DNA of 64,000 nt. Origin: Candidatus Magasanikiibacteriota bacterium (lineage in GTDB: Bacteria > Patescibacteriota > Patescibacteriia > Magasanikbacterales > GWA2-37-8). Below the pieces are notes generated by a model. That model searched no databases. It saw only the letters and a list, made by a program, of their open reading frames with translations, and was not told where the DNA came from. The stretch is from assembly GCA_041666265.1 (NCBI GenBank), contig JBAYHH010000001.1, positions 72,056-136,055 of the forward strand, in the 5' to 3' direction. Position 1 is the stretch's first letter, and the number at the start of each line of letters is the position of its first letter. Shown here one piece after another: positions 19,476 through 27,709 of this stretch. Both the position numbers and the translations under genes were made by a program.

Positions 19476-21251
19476 ATGGCGAAATTAAAAGACACTCCAA
19501 AATTTGATCGACCACGAGAAAAATATATTGAAAAAGGTCCTGACGCGCTAACCGATAGCGAACTTTTGGCGATTTTACTTGGCAATGGCACAAAAGGCAT
19601 GAATGTAAAAGTCGTTGCGCAAAAAATTATAAAAAAATTTGGAACCAATCTGATAAATGTGTCGGTTGACGAACTGAAAGAAATTAAAGGAATTGGGCAA
19701 GCAAAGGCATTACAAATTGTTTCGGTGATTGCGTTGGCGAAACGACTGTTTGATAAGCAAAATGCGCCGGACAATTTAGTTTTATCTGCGCAAGACGCGG
19801 TAAAATTAGTGATAGAATTGAAAGATAAAAAACAAGAACACCTCGTTTGTTTGTATCTTAATGCTCGCAATGCCTTAATTAAAAAGGAAATTGTTTCCAT
19901 TGGAACGCTGGACAAAAGCATTGTTCATCCGCGTGATATTTTTGCATTGGGTTTAGAGTTGCATGCGGCCGGTGTTATTCTCATACACAATCATCCGTCC
20001 GGGGATGTTAGACCAAGCGAGCAGGATAAGCAAGTTGTCAAAAGAATTATTGAAGCTGGGCAGTTAATGGGTGTTAACGTCGTAGATTTTCTCATAGTGG
20101 CCAAGAATGCCACGCATAGCGTGTTGGGTGAAACCAGTAACACCAAGTTAGCCGACATCGAATATGTGGCCGAAGGATTGCAAGCGTCGTTGTTTAGTTT
20201 GCTAACGGAAACAAAGCAGGTTTATTTTTATGGAAACAATTTGATTGATACTTCGCCGACCAGCAGTAAAAGTTTTCGTTTCATTGATTTGTTTGCCGGC
20301 ATTGGCGGTATACGAATCGCTTTTGAACGCAATGGCGGTCAATGTGTTTTCACATCTGAATTTGATGAACCGTGCCAAGTAATGTATGAGGCAAATTTTG
20401 GAGATAAACCACATGGAGATATCACGAAAATTTCTGCCGATGAAATACCGGATCACGATATTTTAACTGGCGGTTTTCCCTGCCAAGCATTTAGTATAAT
20501 TGGAAAGAAACGTGGATTTGCGGATACTCGCGGCACTTTATTTTTTGATGTTGAAAGAATTTTAAAGGTGAAACAACCAAAAGCTTTTCTTCTGGAGAAT
20601 GTAAAACAGTTAACATCTCATGACGGGGGGCGCACATTTAAGATAATTATAGAATCTTTAAAAAATCTAGGGTATTATGTCCATTACAAAGTGCTTAACG
20701 GTCTTGACTTTGGTGTGCCACAAAGACGACAAAGGATAATGATAGTTGGTTTCAAAGAGAATTATCCTTTTGAATTTCCGAAGAGCGGATCGGATAACAA
20801 AACATTAGCCGATATTTTGGAACCGGACGGCAAAATTGATAAAAAACATTATCTAAGCGACAGTTTTCGGAAAAAATTGCAAGAAAGATTAAAAGAACAG
20901 GGCAAAAAGCCTGCACCCCAACCATCTGTTTGGCATGAGAATAAAGGTGGCAATATCGGGATGCACCCTTACTCGTGCGCGTTGAGAGCCAATGGATCTT
21001 ATAATTATTTGACAGTGAACGGAGAGCGACGACTTACACCAAGAGAAATGTTGCGTTTGCAAGGATTCCCAGATACTTTTAGAGTTGTTGTTCCGGATAC
21101 ACAAGTGAGAAAACAAGCGGGCAATAGTGTGGTTATTCCAAAAATTCAAGCAGTCGCGCGCGCTATGGTGGAAGCAATGAAACAGCCAGCAAGGGACGAA
21201 TCACATAAAGTTGGCTCATTAATTAATAAATCTGAAATAATTTATGCCTAA
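19476..21251 (+). CDS. fusion protein: N-terminal RadC (HhH + JAB/MPN, UPF0758) domain joined to a C-terminal DNA (cytosine-5)-methyltransferase
   Basis: aa 1-225: DSELLAILLGNG...GIGQAKALQI (HhH) and HNHPSGDVRPSEQD (JAMM). aa ~260-591: m5C-MTase motif I DLFAGIGG, motif IV GFPCQAFS, motif VI LLENVKQL, motif X QAGNSV. Confidence 0.8.
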   Translation: MAKLKDTPKFDRPREKYIEKGPDALTDSELLAILLGNGTKGMNVKVVAQKIIKKFGTNLINVSVDELKEIKGIGQAKALQIVSVIALAKRLFDKQNAPDNLVLSAQDAVKLVIELKDKKQEHLVCLYLNARNALIKKEIVSIGTLDKSIVHPRDIFALGLELHAAGVILIHNHPSGDVRPSEQDKQVVKRIIEAGQLMGVNVVDFLIVAKNATHSVLGETSNTKLADIEYVAEGLQASLFSLLTETKQVYFYGNNLIDTSPTSSKSFRFIDLFAGIGGIRIAFERNGGQCVFTSEFDEPCQVMYEANFGDKPHGDITKISADEIPDHDILTGGFPCQAFSIIGKKRGFADTRGTLFFDVERILKVKQPKAFLLENVKQLTSHDGGRTFKIIIESLKNLGYYVHYKVLNGLDFGVPQRRQRIMIVGFKENYPFEFPKSGSDNKTLADILEPDGKIDKKHYLSDSFRKKLQERLKEQGKKPAPQPSVWHENKGGNIGMHPYSCALRANGSYNYLTVNGERRLTPREMLRLQGFPDTFRVVVPDTQVRKQAGNSVVIPKIQAVARAMVEAMKQPARDESHKVGSLINKSEIIYA

Positions 21252-22302
21252 CATTAGAATGTCAAAAGAGGCGATAGATACAATTATCCGCAAGTCGCGC
21301 GTCCATTTGTATAAGCCAATCCAAATTGCCGAATTACTATATCATCACAGAATAGATAAAAAACGATGGGACCTGCTTGATCTGGAATCGTATCGCAATG
21401 TATCAAAAAGATGGCGCGACGAAGTGTCCAATCGTTTGGTTGGCAGAATTTGCACATCAAGTCAAAAATTTCAAGATAATATTTTTGATACAAACGCAAT
21501 GCCGCCCAAGTTGCTGCGCGATTTAGGTCTTTTCAATAAGCGACGCAATGGGTTCGTAGAAGCGTATATTTATAATGCCTTAAATGAAAGACTGTCATCG
21601 GTGCATGATGTAAACACTTACATTCACAAATCAACAGCGGTGAGTTTTGATTTAAAAAAGATAGTCGCTTTGTTTGAGTTGAGCCCGGGATTAAAAAGAA
21701 GTGTGGACAAAATTTATGAAATTCTTGTATATGCGTTATTTTCTACTATCGTAAGAGCTCTACGCGCCCAAATAACACTTGAAATTTTGAACGAAGACAA
21801 GCAGCTGCTTAAAGATTTTGAGTCCTTTATTAAAATGGTGATGGGTATTGATGCCAAGAATACAAAGATAATATTGCCTGCAGCTTTATATAGAGCCGGT
21901 GTCGCCAATGCCGCAGATAGAGGGTTGGATATGTGGGCAAATTTCGGTCTGGCTATTCAAGTTAAACATTTAACACTTACGCCGGAATTAATGGAGGATG
22001 TGGCGAATGAAATAGCGGCGGATAGAATGGTTGTGGTTTGTATAGATTCCGAGAAAGAGGCCATAAATAATTTATTATCGCAAGTTGGTTGGGGAGAAAA
22101 AATCCATGGGATTATCACCATTGATGATCTGGATCAATGGTATAAAATTTGTCTTAGCGATAAGTATAGAAGTAATTTAGGTAAAAATTTATTGAAGGAT
22201 GTTGAAAGAGAGTTTGGTCTGGAATTCCCATCAAATTCTGAATTGATTCCATTTATAAACGAACGCGGATACGCGAAATTTAAGACGGATTTTAAATGGT
22301 AA
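21244..22302 (+). CDS. putative type II restriction endonuclease (unknown specificity), translationally coupled to the MTase
   Basis: 8-nt overlap with the MTase gene; AT-rich (~38% GC, estimated by eye); 352 aa with no similarity to housekeeping families. Assignment is by gene context. Confidence 0.45.
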   Translation: MPNIRMSKEAIDTIIRKSRVHLYKPIQIAELLYHHRIDKKRWDLLDLESYRNVSKRWRDEVSNRLVGRICTSSQKFQDNIFDTNAMPPKLLRDLGLFNKRRNGFVEAYIYNALNERLSSVHDVNTYIHKSTAVSFDLKKIVALFELSPGLKRSVDKIYEILVYALFSTIVRALRAQITLEILNEDKQLLKDFESFIKMVMGIDAKNTKIILPAALYRAGVANAADRGLDMWANFGLAIQVKHLTLTPELMEDVANEIAADRMVVVCIDSEKEAINNLLSQVGWGEKIHGIITIDDLDQWYKICLSDKYRSNLGKNLLKDVEREFGLEFPSNSELIPFINERGYAKFKTDFKW

Positions 22303-22446
22303 AGTATAAATTGTCAAACACATTGATGATGAATGGTTGTTTAAATAAAAAACAACCCCTTGCGGGGATGTTTCCAACCTTGTTTCCTAGACTGGTGACC
22401 CAGCCACGCCACCATCCGGTGACAGTTCGGAGAACAGGTTTTTGTA

Positions 22447-23301
22447 ATGCTATTATATACTGCAAACAAGCACTTGTCAATAGAAAATTTTGATATTTTA
22501 TCTAATATTAGCCAAAAGGGGCTGTGGATAAGTAATAATATGTCCGAATATTACACCCCTCAACGCACTAAAAATTTATACGACCCAAAATCACTGGACT
22601 CTTTTAAACTCTCGCGTTCCAAGATAGATTTGTTTTTAGAGTGTCCGCGTTGTTTTTATTTAGACCGTCGTTTAGGTGTGGGCCGACCGCCCGGATTTCC
22701 ATTTGCACTTAATTCGGCTGTGGATAAGTTGCTCAAGAAGGAATTTGATATCCACCGTGCTAAAAAACAGGCGCATCCATTGATAACCCACTACGGCGTT
22801 GACGCAGTGCCAATCGCGCACAAAGATTTGGATATCTGGCGTGAAAATTTTAAAGGCATACAATATTTACACGAGCCAACCAATTTGGTTATCACCGGCG
22901 CTATTGATGATCTCTGGCAAAATTCAAAAGGGGAGTATATTGTGGTGGATTATAAGTCCACATCCAAGGACGAAGATATTACCGAGCTTAATAAAGATTG
23001 GCAAGGCGGCTATAAGCGCCAAATGGAGGTGTACCAGTGGCTATTACGCCGGAATGGATATAAAGTGTCTAAGACTGGGTATTTTGTTTATTGCAATGGC
23101 CAAACCGACCGCAAGGCGTTTGATGCTAAGTTGGAATTTGATATCACTTTAATTGCCTACAAGGGCGATGATTCTTGGGTGGATAAAGCTGTTATTGGCG
23201 CGCATAAGTGTTTGAATGGCAATAAAATTCCAAAATCCGGCGCGGATTGCGATTATTGTGCGTATGTACAGGCGGTAGAAAGTAAAACATTGTTGACTTA
23301 G
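22447..23301 (+). CDS. Cas4/RecB-like PD-(D/E)xK nuclease with predicted Fe-S cluster cysteines (start uncertain; alternative ATG at 22540)
   Basis: N-terminal CPRCFY; AIDDLW...YIVVDYKST (D...D/ExK); QMEVYQW (QxxxY); C-terminal C-x14-CDYC cysteine cluster. Confidence 0.65.
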   Translation: MLLYTANKHLSIENFDILSNISQKGLWISNNMSEYYTPQRTKNLYDPKSLDSFKLSRSKIDLFLECPRCFYLDRRLGVGRPPGFPFALNSAVDKLLKKEFDIHRAKKQAHPLITHYGVDAVPIAHKDLDIWRENFKGIQYLHEPTNLVITGAIDDLWQNSKGEYIVVDYKSTSKDEDITELNKDWQGGYKRQMEVYQWLLRRNGYKVSKTGYFVYCNGQTDRKAFDAKLEFDITLIAYKGDDSWVDKAVIGAHKCLNGNKIPKSGADCDYCAYVQAVESKTLLT

Positions 23302-23417
23302 TGCGTTATTTTTAGTATTATCCTATCGAGTCGTATTTGTGAAATCGTCGGATCCGAGCCGTTATCGGTATTTTTCGTAAAAATGGGTTCTAACTTTTTC
23401 ATAAATACAGCTCCAAC

Positions 23418-23490
23418 GCCGCCTTAGCTCAGTTGGTAGAGCGACACATTCGTAACGTGTAGGTCTCGGGTTCGATTCCCGAAGGCGGCT
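23418..23490 (+). tRNA. tRNA-Thr(CGU)
   Basis: GCCGCCT acceptor, TAGCTCAGTTGGTAGAGC D-arm, anticodon loop TTCGTAA (CGU), T-arm TCGGG-TTCGATT-CCCGA. Confidence 0.8.
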
Positions 23491-23543
23491 CGATTTATAC
23501 ACAGCGCCATCTTGCCGATTGGCTTTTTTTGTTTTTGAATGTG

Positions 23544-23552
23544 TGGTATAAT
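23544..23552 (+). promoter_or_regulatory. extended -10 element TGGTATAAT upstream of ftsE
   Basis: TGnTATAAT consensus match; ATG at 23569. Confidence 0.45.
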
Positions 23553-23568
23553 AATATCATTACTGCTT

Positions 23569-24249
23569 ATGATTAATCTCAAAAATGTCACTAAGATTTA
23601 CCCGACCGGCACGGTTGCTTTGCGCAATCTAAATTTGCATGTGGCGCCGGGCGAATTTTTATCGGTTATCGGTCAGAGCGGGAGCGGCAAGACTACTCTC
23701 GTGAAATTACTCATTGTCGAAGAGCGGCCGGACAAGGGTCAAATTTCGATTGGCGATTGGGATATTGACCGCATCAGTTTTAGCGAAGTGCCATTTTTGC
23801 GTCGGCAGATTGGCGTTATTTTTCAGGATTACAAATTGTTGCCGCAAAAAACCATTTTAGAAAATGTGGCGTTTGCGCTTGAGGTGGCCGGAGAACCGCA
23901 AAAACACATTCATCAGGTTGTTCCCCAAGTACTTGAAATCGTTGGTTTGCACAAAAAAGCCAAACATTATCCGACTCAACTTTCCGGTGGCGAGCAACAA
24001 CGCGTGGCGATCGCGCGGTCACTCGTGCATCGCCCCAAGATTATCATCGCCGATGAGCCGACCGGAAATTTAGACACGATCAACACCGAGGAAATTATTG
24101 AGATTTTGAAAAAAATCAACGAAGTCGGCACCACTATTTTACTTTTTACCCACAACCGCGAGATCGTCAATCGTCTGCGCCGGCGCGTGATCACGCTCCA
24201 CAATGGCGAGATCACCATGGATCAAGCGGAAGGGAAATATGTTCTCTAA
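23569..24249 (+). CDS. ftsE: cell-division ABC transporter ATP-binding protein FtsE
   Basis: Walker A GQSGSGKTT, ABC signature LSGGEQQRVAIAR, Walker B IIIADEPT; start chosen at MINLKNV. Confidence 0.85.
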   Translation: MINLKNVTKIYPTGTVALRNLNLHVAPGEFLSVIGQSGSGKTTLVKLLIVEERPDKGQISIGDWDIDRISFSEVPFLRRQIGVIFQDYKLLPQKTILENVAFALEVAGEPQKHIHQVVPQVLEIVGLHKKAKHYPTQLSGGEQQRVAIARSLVHRPKIIIADEPTGNLDTINTEEIIEILKKINEVGTTILLFTHNREIVNRLRRRVITLHNGEITMDQAEGKYVL

Positions 24250-25159
24250 TATGCTATCACTTTGGCGCATTATCAAATCCGCTTTTCAAGATATGGCTCG
24301 CAATATCGGGTTGTCTTTTATGACGATCTTGATGTTGGTTTTGATGCTCCTGTCGGTCAATGTTTTACTGGCGGTGGACAATGTCACCAAAGAGGCGGTG
24401 CGACTGGTAAAAGATCAGGTAAATGTGAGTCTGTATTTTGCTGCTGACGCGGGCGACAAAGACATTGGCGAGGTGCGTAATTATATCAGCGAATTTCCCG
24501 AGGTGATTGATGTGAAATTGCTCACGCGCGAGGAGGTTTTGAGTTCGTTTCAAAATCGCCACAAAGCCAGCCCCGAGGTTCAGCAGGCGCTCATCGAGCT
24601 CGGTGCCAATCCGTTTGGTCCGACGATGATCATCAAAACCAAAGAACCGGGTGACTACAAGAAAATTTTTGAGGCGATCAATGTGCCGGAATACGAGCAT
24701 TTTATCGAGGCCAAAAGTTTTGATGGCAATGAAGAAGCCATCAGTCGTATTCAAAATATCACCAATCGCGTCGAGCGCATCGGGTTTGGGTTGTCGGCGT
24801 TATTCGCGGTCATCGCGTTTTTTATTATTTTCAATACCGTGCGCGTGACCATCAGTTCCCAAAAAATCGAAATAAGCATCAAAAGACTGGTGGGGGCGAG
24901 CACCTGGTTTATTCGCGGGCCGTATTTGGTGGAGTCGTTGGTATTTACTTTGGTGGCGGTCGGGCTAACGATCGCTTTGATTTATCTGGGTTTGCAGTGG
25001 GTCGATCCGTATTTGACGGTGGTTTTTCCGAGCGGGTTCTCCTTGACAAATTATTATAATTCGCATATCCTGTATGTGTTTGGCATCCAGGCAATTGCGG
25101 TCTTGCTTCTGACGATAGCGAGCAGTGGCCTGGCCATGCGCAGACAGCTAAAGGTGTAA
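24239..25159 (+). CDS. ftsX: cell-division ABC transporter permease FtsX
   Basis: four TM helices with a periplasmic loop, RLVGAS motif; overlaps ftsE by 11 nt. Confidence 0.8.
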   Translation: MFSNMLSLWRIIKSAFQDMARNIGLSFMTILMLVLMLLSVNVLLAVDNVTKEAVRLVKDQVNVSLYFAADAGDKDIGEVRNYISEFPEVIDVKLLTREEVLSSFQNRHKASPEVQQALIELGANPFGPTMIIKTKEPGDYKKIFEAINVPEYEHFIEAKSFDGNEEAISRIQNITNRVERIGFGLSALFAVIAFFIIFNTVRVTISSQKIEISIKRLVGASTWFIRGPYLVESLVFTLVAVGLTIALIYLGLQWVDPYLTVVFPSGFSLTNYYNSHILYVFGIQAIAVLLLTIASSGLAMRRQLKV

Positions 25160-25163
25160 AAAT

Positions 25164-25234
25164 TCCGGGGTCGTCCAACGGCAAGACAGCGGGCTTTGAA
25201 TCCGTTTATCCTGGTTCGAATCCAGGCCCCGGAA
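25164..25234 (+). tRNA. tRNA-Gln(UUG)
   Basis: U1:A72 acceptor (TCCGGGG/CCCCGGA), anticodon stem GCGGG/TCCGT with loop CTTTGAA (UUG), T-arm CCTGG-TTCGAAT-CCAGG identical to the E. coli tRNA-Gln T-arm. Confidence 0.8.
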
Positions 25235-25250
25235 CAATGGGAATAAAAAA

Positions 25251-25300
25251 GGCGAACCGCAGGGTTCGCCGTTGTGTTGGCGGCCGATTAGGCCGCTTTT
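25251..25300 (+). terminator. two tandem GC hairpins after tRNA-Gln, the second followed by TTTT
   Basis: GGCGAACC-gcag-GGTTCGCC, then GCGGCC-gatta-GGCCGC-TTTT. Confidence 0.55.
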
Positions 25301-25479
25301 CGGTGTTCGAATATTTCTTCGTAGACAACCGGCCGACAAGCGGCCATTTCGTCCGCGAAAAAATTTCGGGCTCCGGGCGTCCACTCGTCGCTGGTTTGGA
25401 GCCAGCACTCGCGGACGAAATCATCGCTCGCTTCGCGCGAGCGGATGAGCCCAAGCAGTTGATAAAATGTCACCTTCAT
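25288..25479 (-). CDS. hypothetical small protein (63 aa) with a canonical GGAGG Shine-Dalgarno sequence
   Basis: ATG at 25479 preceded on the minus strand by GGAGGAAAAAAA. Most neighbouring genes lack SD. No recognisable motif (J-domain-like start but no HPD). Confidence 0.3.
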   Translation of the reverse strand: MKVTFYQLLGLIRSREASDDFVRECWLQTSDEWTPGARNFFADEMAACRPVVYEEIFEHRKAA

Positions 25480-25549
25480 TTTTTTCCTCCCCAGGAAAAT
25501 TCGCGTGCCCCGTGCGCGCGACTCTTGAATATAGCACAAAATACCAAAT

Positions 25550-25578
25550 TTGTCAAGATACCCGCTTTTTGCTAAAAT
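25550..25578 (+). promoter_or_regulatory. strong sigma70-like promoter TTGTCA-17-TAAAAT, giving a leaderless FkbM-MTase transcript
   Basis: -35 at 25550-25555, -10 at 25573-25578, ATG at 25586. Confidence 0.55.
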
Positions 25579-25585
25579 ATACCCC

Positions 25586-26287
25586 ATGGAAACCACAAAA
25601 ATAAAATTTGGCAAATCAGAGTTTACCTTGCATTTGCGTGACGAGGCGGACATTTCCGTGATGCGCGAGATTTTTAAGTTGCGCGAATATCGCATCGCCG
25701 AAGAAGCGATCAAATCCGCCGCCGACCCAATATTTGACATTGGCGCTCACGCTGGATTTTTTAGTATATATTGTCGGGCGCTCAACCACCAAGTCGAGAT
25801 TGTTGCGCTCGAGCCCGAGCCTGATAATGTGAAAATATTTAAACAACACCTCAAAGATAATAAAATTGCGGGTGTGAAAGTTATTTCCGGCGCGTTGGCC
25901 GGTCAAACAGGGGATAGATGGTTGCGAATTTCTATTGACAGTCATAATCATGCCTTGACGGACAGCCCAACGGTCAGTGAATCGGCATCCATCAAAGTTC
26001 ACGCGTTTTCTTTGCGTGATTTTTGTAAAAATGAGAAAGTCAAAAAAATATCACTTTTAAAAATGGATATTGAAGGCGGGGAATACGAAGTGCTCGAAAA
26101 TCTCACCCCGAGCGATTATCGTCTGTTCAAATACGCAATTTTGGAGTATCATGATAGTCAGAGACGAAATTTCAGGGTGTTGGAAAAATTATTGCGGGAA
26201 AACGGTTTTGGGGTGCAGATATTTCCATCCAAATTTGATAAAAACATGGGATTTATTTTTGCTTCTAACAAAAGAGGGGTTGTATGA
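25586..26287 (+). CDS. FkbM-family SAM-dependent methyltransferase (Methyltransf_21)
   Basis: FDIGAHAGFFSIY glycine-rich SAM-binding motif typical of FkbM. Start set at 25586, downstream of the promoter; the ORF track has 25550. Confidence 0.7.
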   Translation: METTKIKFGKSEFTLHLRDEADISVMREIFKLREYRIAEEAIKSAADPIFDIGAHAGFFSIYCRALNHQVEIVALEPEPDNVKIFKQHLKDNKIAGVKVISGALAGQTGDRWLRISIDSHNHALTDSPTVSESASIKVHAFSLRDFCKNEKVKKISLLKMDIEGGEYEVLENLTPSDYRLFKYAILEYHDSQRRNFRVLEKLLRENGFGVQIFPSKFDKNMGFIFASNKRGVV

Positions 26288-27606
26288 TCGAAAAAGCTTG
26301 GATCGTCACGGTCGACATGGGCTATGGGCATCAGCGCGCCGCCTATCCTTTGCGCGGTTTGTCTCCGACCGGTAAAGTCATCGTAGCCAATAATTACGCC
26401 GGTATTCCCAATAGCGATCGGCGCATTTGGGAATCTTCGCGCAAATTTTATGAATTTGTTTCTCGATTTACCAATATTCCCTTGATCGGGCGCCGACTTT
26501 TTAAATTTTATGATCAGATCCAAAAAATTCCCGAGTTTTATCCGCGCCGAGACATGTCCAATCCGAGCTTACAGGTGCGTCAGATGTATCGGCTGATTGA
26601 TACTGGTTGGGGTAAAAATTTAATCGAGTATCTAAACACTGAAAATGTGCCATTGATTACAACTTTTTTTACCGTGGCATTCATGGCGGAGGAACACAAA
26701 TTTAAAAATGATATTTATTGCGCGCTTTGCGACGCGGATATTTCTCGCACCTGGGTCGGTCTTCATCCCCATAAAAGCCGGATCAAGTATCTGGCTCCCT
26801 GTCGGCGCGTAGTGGAGAGGTTGAAATTATACGGTGTTAAGCCGGAAAATATTTTTTTAACCGGCTTTCCCTTGCCCGAAGAAAATTTAGGCCGAGAATT
26901 AGACGCTCTTAAAAATGATTTGGCCGAACGCATCGTTAATCTCGATCCCGAGCATCGCTATCGCTATAAATACGGCGAGACCGTGAAGCATTTTCTCGAA
27001 GGAATAAAAATTAATGCTCATCACCACCATCCATTGACCATCACCTTTGCGGTGGGTGGAGCCGGAGCGCAAAAAAATTTAGCATCCGATATTTTACGGA
27101 GTTTGCGCAAAAAATTACTTAAAGGAGAAGTTAATTTAAATTTGGTTGCCGGTGTGCGCAATGATGTTTATTTGTATTTCAAAAAAGAGATTGCGCGACT
27201 GAAACTCAACAAAGTTTTTGGCGAGAATCTAAATATTTTGTTTTCACCGGACAAAGAAGATTATTTTACCAAGCTTAATGCTTGCCTGCGTTCGACTGAT
27301 ATTTTTTGGACCAAACCGAGCGAATTGGTGTTTTATAGCGCCCTGGGCCTGCCGATCGTGATGGCGCCGTCAGTGGGGTCCCAGGAGGACTTCAATCGGC
27401 TGTGGCTAAAGACCATAGGGGCCGGAATATCGCAAAATAACCCCCGCTACACGCACGAATGGCTGTTTGATTGGATTCGGTCCGGTTGGCTGGCCGAAGC
27501 CGCTATGGCGGGCTTTTTGGATGGCCGGCAGTGGGGTGTGCACAACATCAAGCAGGTGGTATTTCACGGGGTCAAAGAACCGGCCAAAAACCATCAATTA
27601 TTGTAA
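26284..27606 (+). CDS. GT-B fold glycosyltransferase (GT28/MGDG-synthase/MurG-like)
   Basis: N-terminal DMGYGHQRAAYPL matches the G-x-G-H-x-x-A motif of MGDG synthase/UgtP/MurG N-domains; C-terminal LGLPIVMAPSVGSQEDFN. ATGA overlap with the FkbM gene. Confidence 0.55.
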   Translation: MIEKAWIVTVDMGYGHQRAAYPLRGLSPTGKVIVANNYAGIPNSDRRIWESSRKFYEFVSRFTNIPLIGRRLFKFYDQIQKIPEFYPRRDMSNPSLQVRQMYRLIDTGWGKNLIEYLNTENVPLITTFFTVAFMAEEHKFKNDIYCALCDADISRTWVGLHPHKSRIKYLAPCRRVVERLKLYGVKPENIFLTGFPLPEENLGRELDALKNDLAERIVNLDPEHRYRYKYGETVKHFLEGIKINAHHHHPLTITFAVGGAGAQKNLASDILRSLRKKLLKGEVNLNLVAGVRNDVYLYFKKEIARLKLNKVFGENLNILFSPDKEDYFTKLNACLRSTDIFWTKPSELVFYSALGLPIVMAPSVGSQEDFNRLWLKTIGAGISQNNPRYTHEWLFDWIRSGWLAEAAMAGFLDGRQWGVHNIKQVVFHGVKEPAKNHQLL

Positions 27607-27620
27607 GTTTAAAAATAAAA

Positions 27621-27650
27621 AACGGTGGCGATAAGCCATCGTTTTTTTTG
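27621..27650 (+). terminator. rho-independent terminator of the FkbM-GT operon
   Basis: AACGGTGGC-gataa-GCCATCGTT-TTTTTTTT. Confidence 0.75.
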
Positions 27651-27709
27651 TTCACTACTTTTGAAAAAATACGAACGGATTTTACCGAAAATATGGGGTG
27701 AACCCACAT

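Noticed and set aside
25288-25479. DnaJ J-domain in the small minus-strand ORF (YQLLGL... start)
   Set aside because: It has no HPD tripeptide and is too short; the resemblance is superficial.
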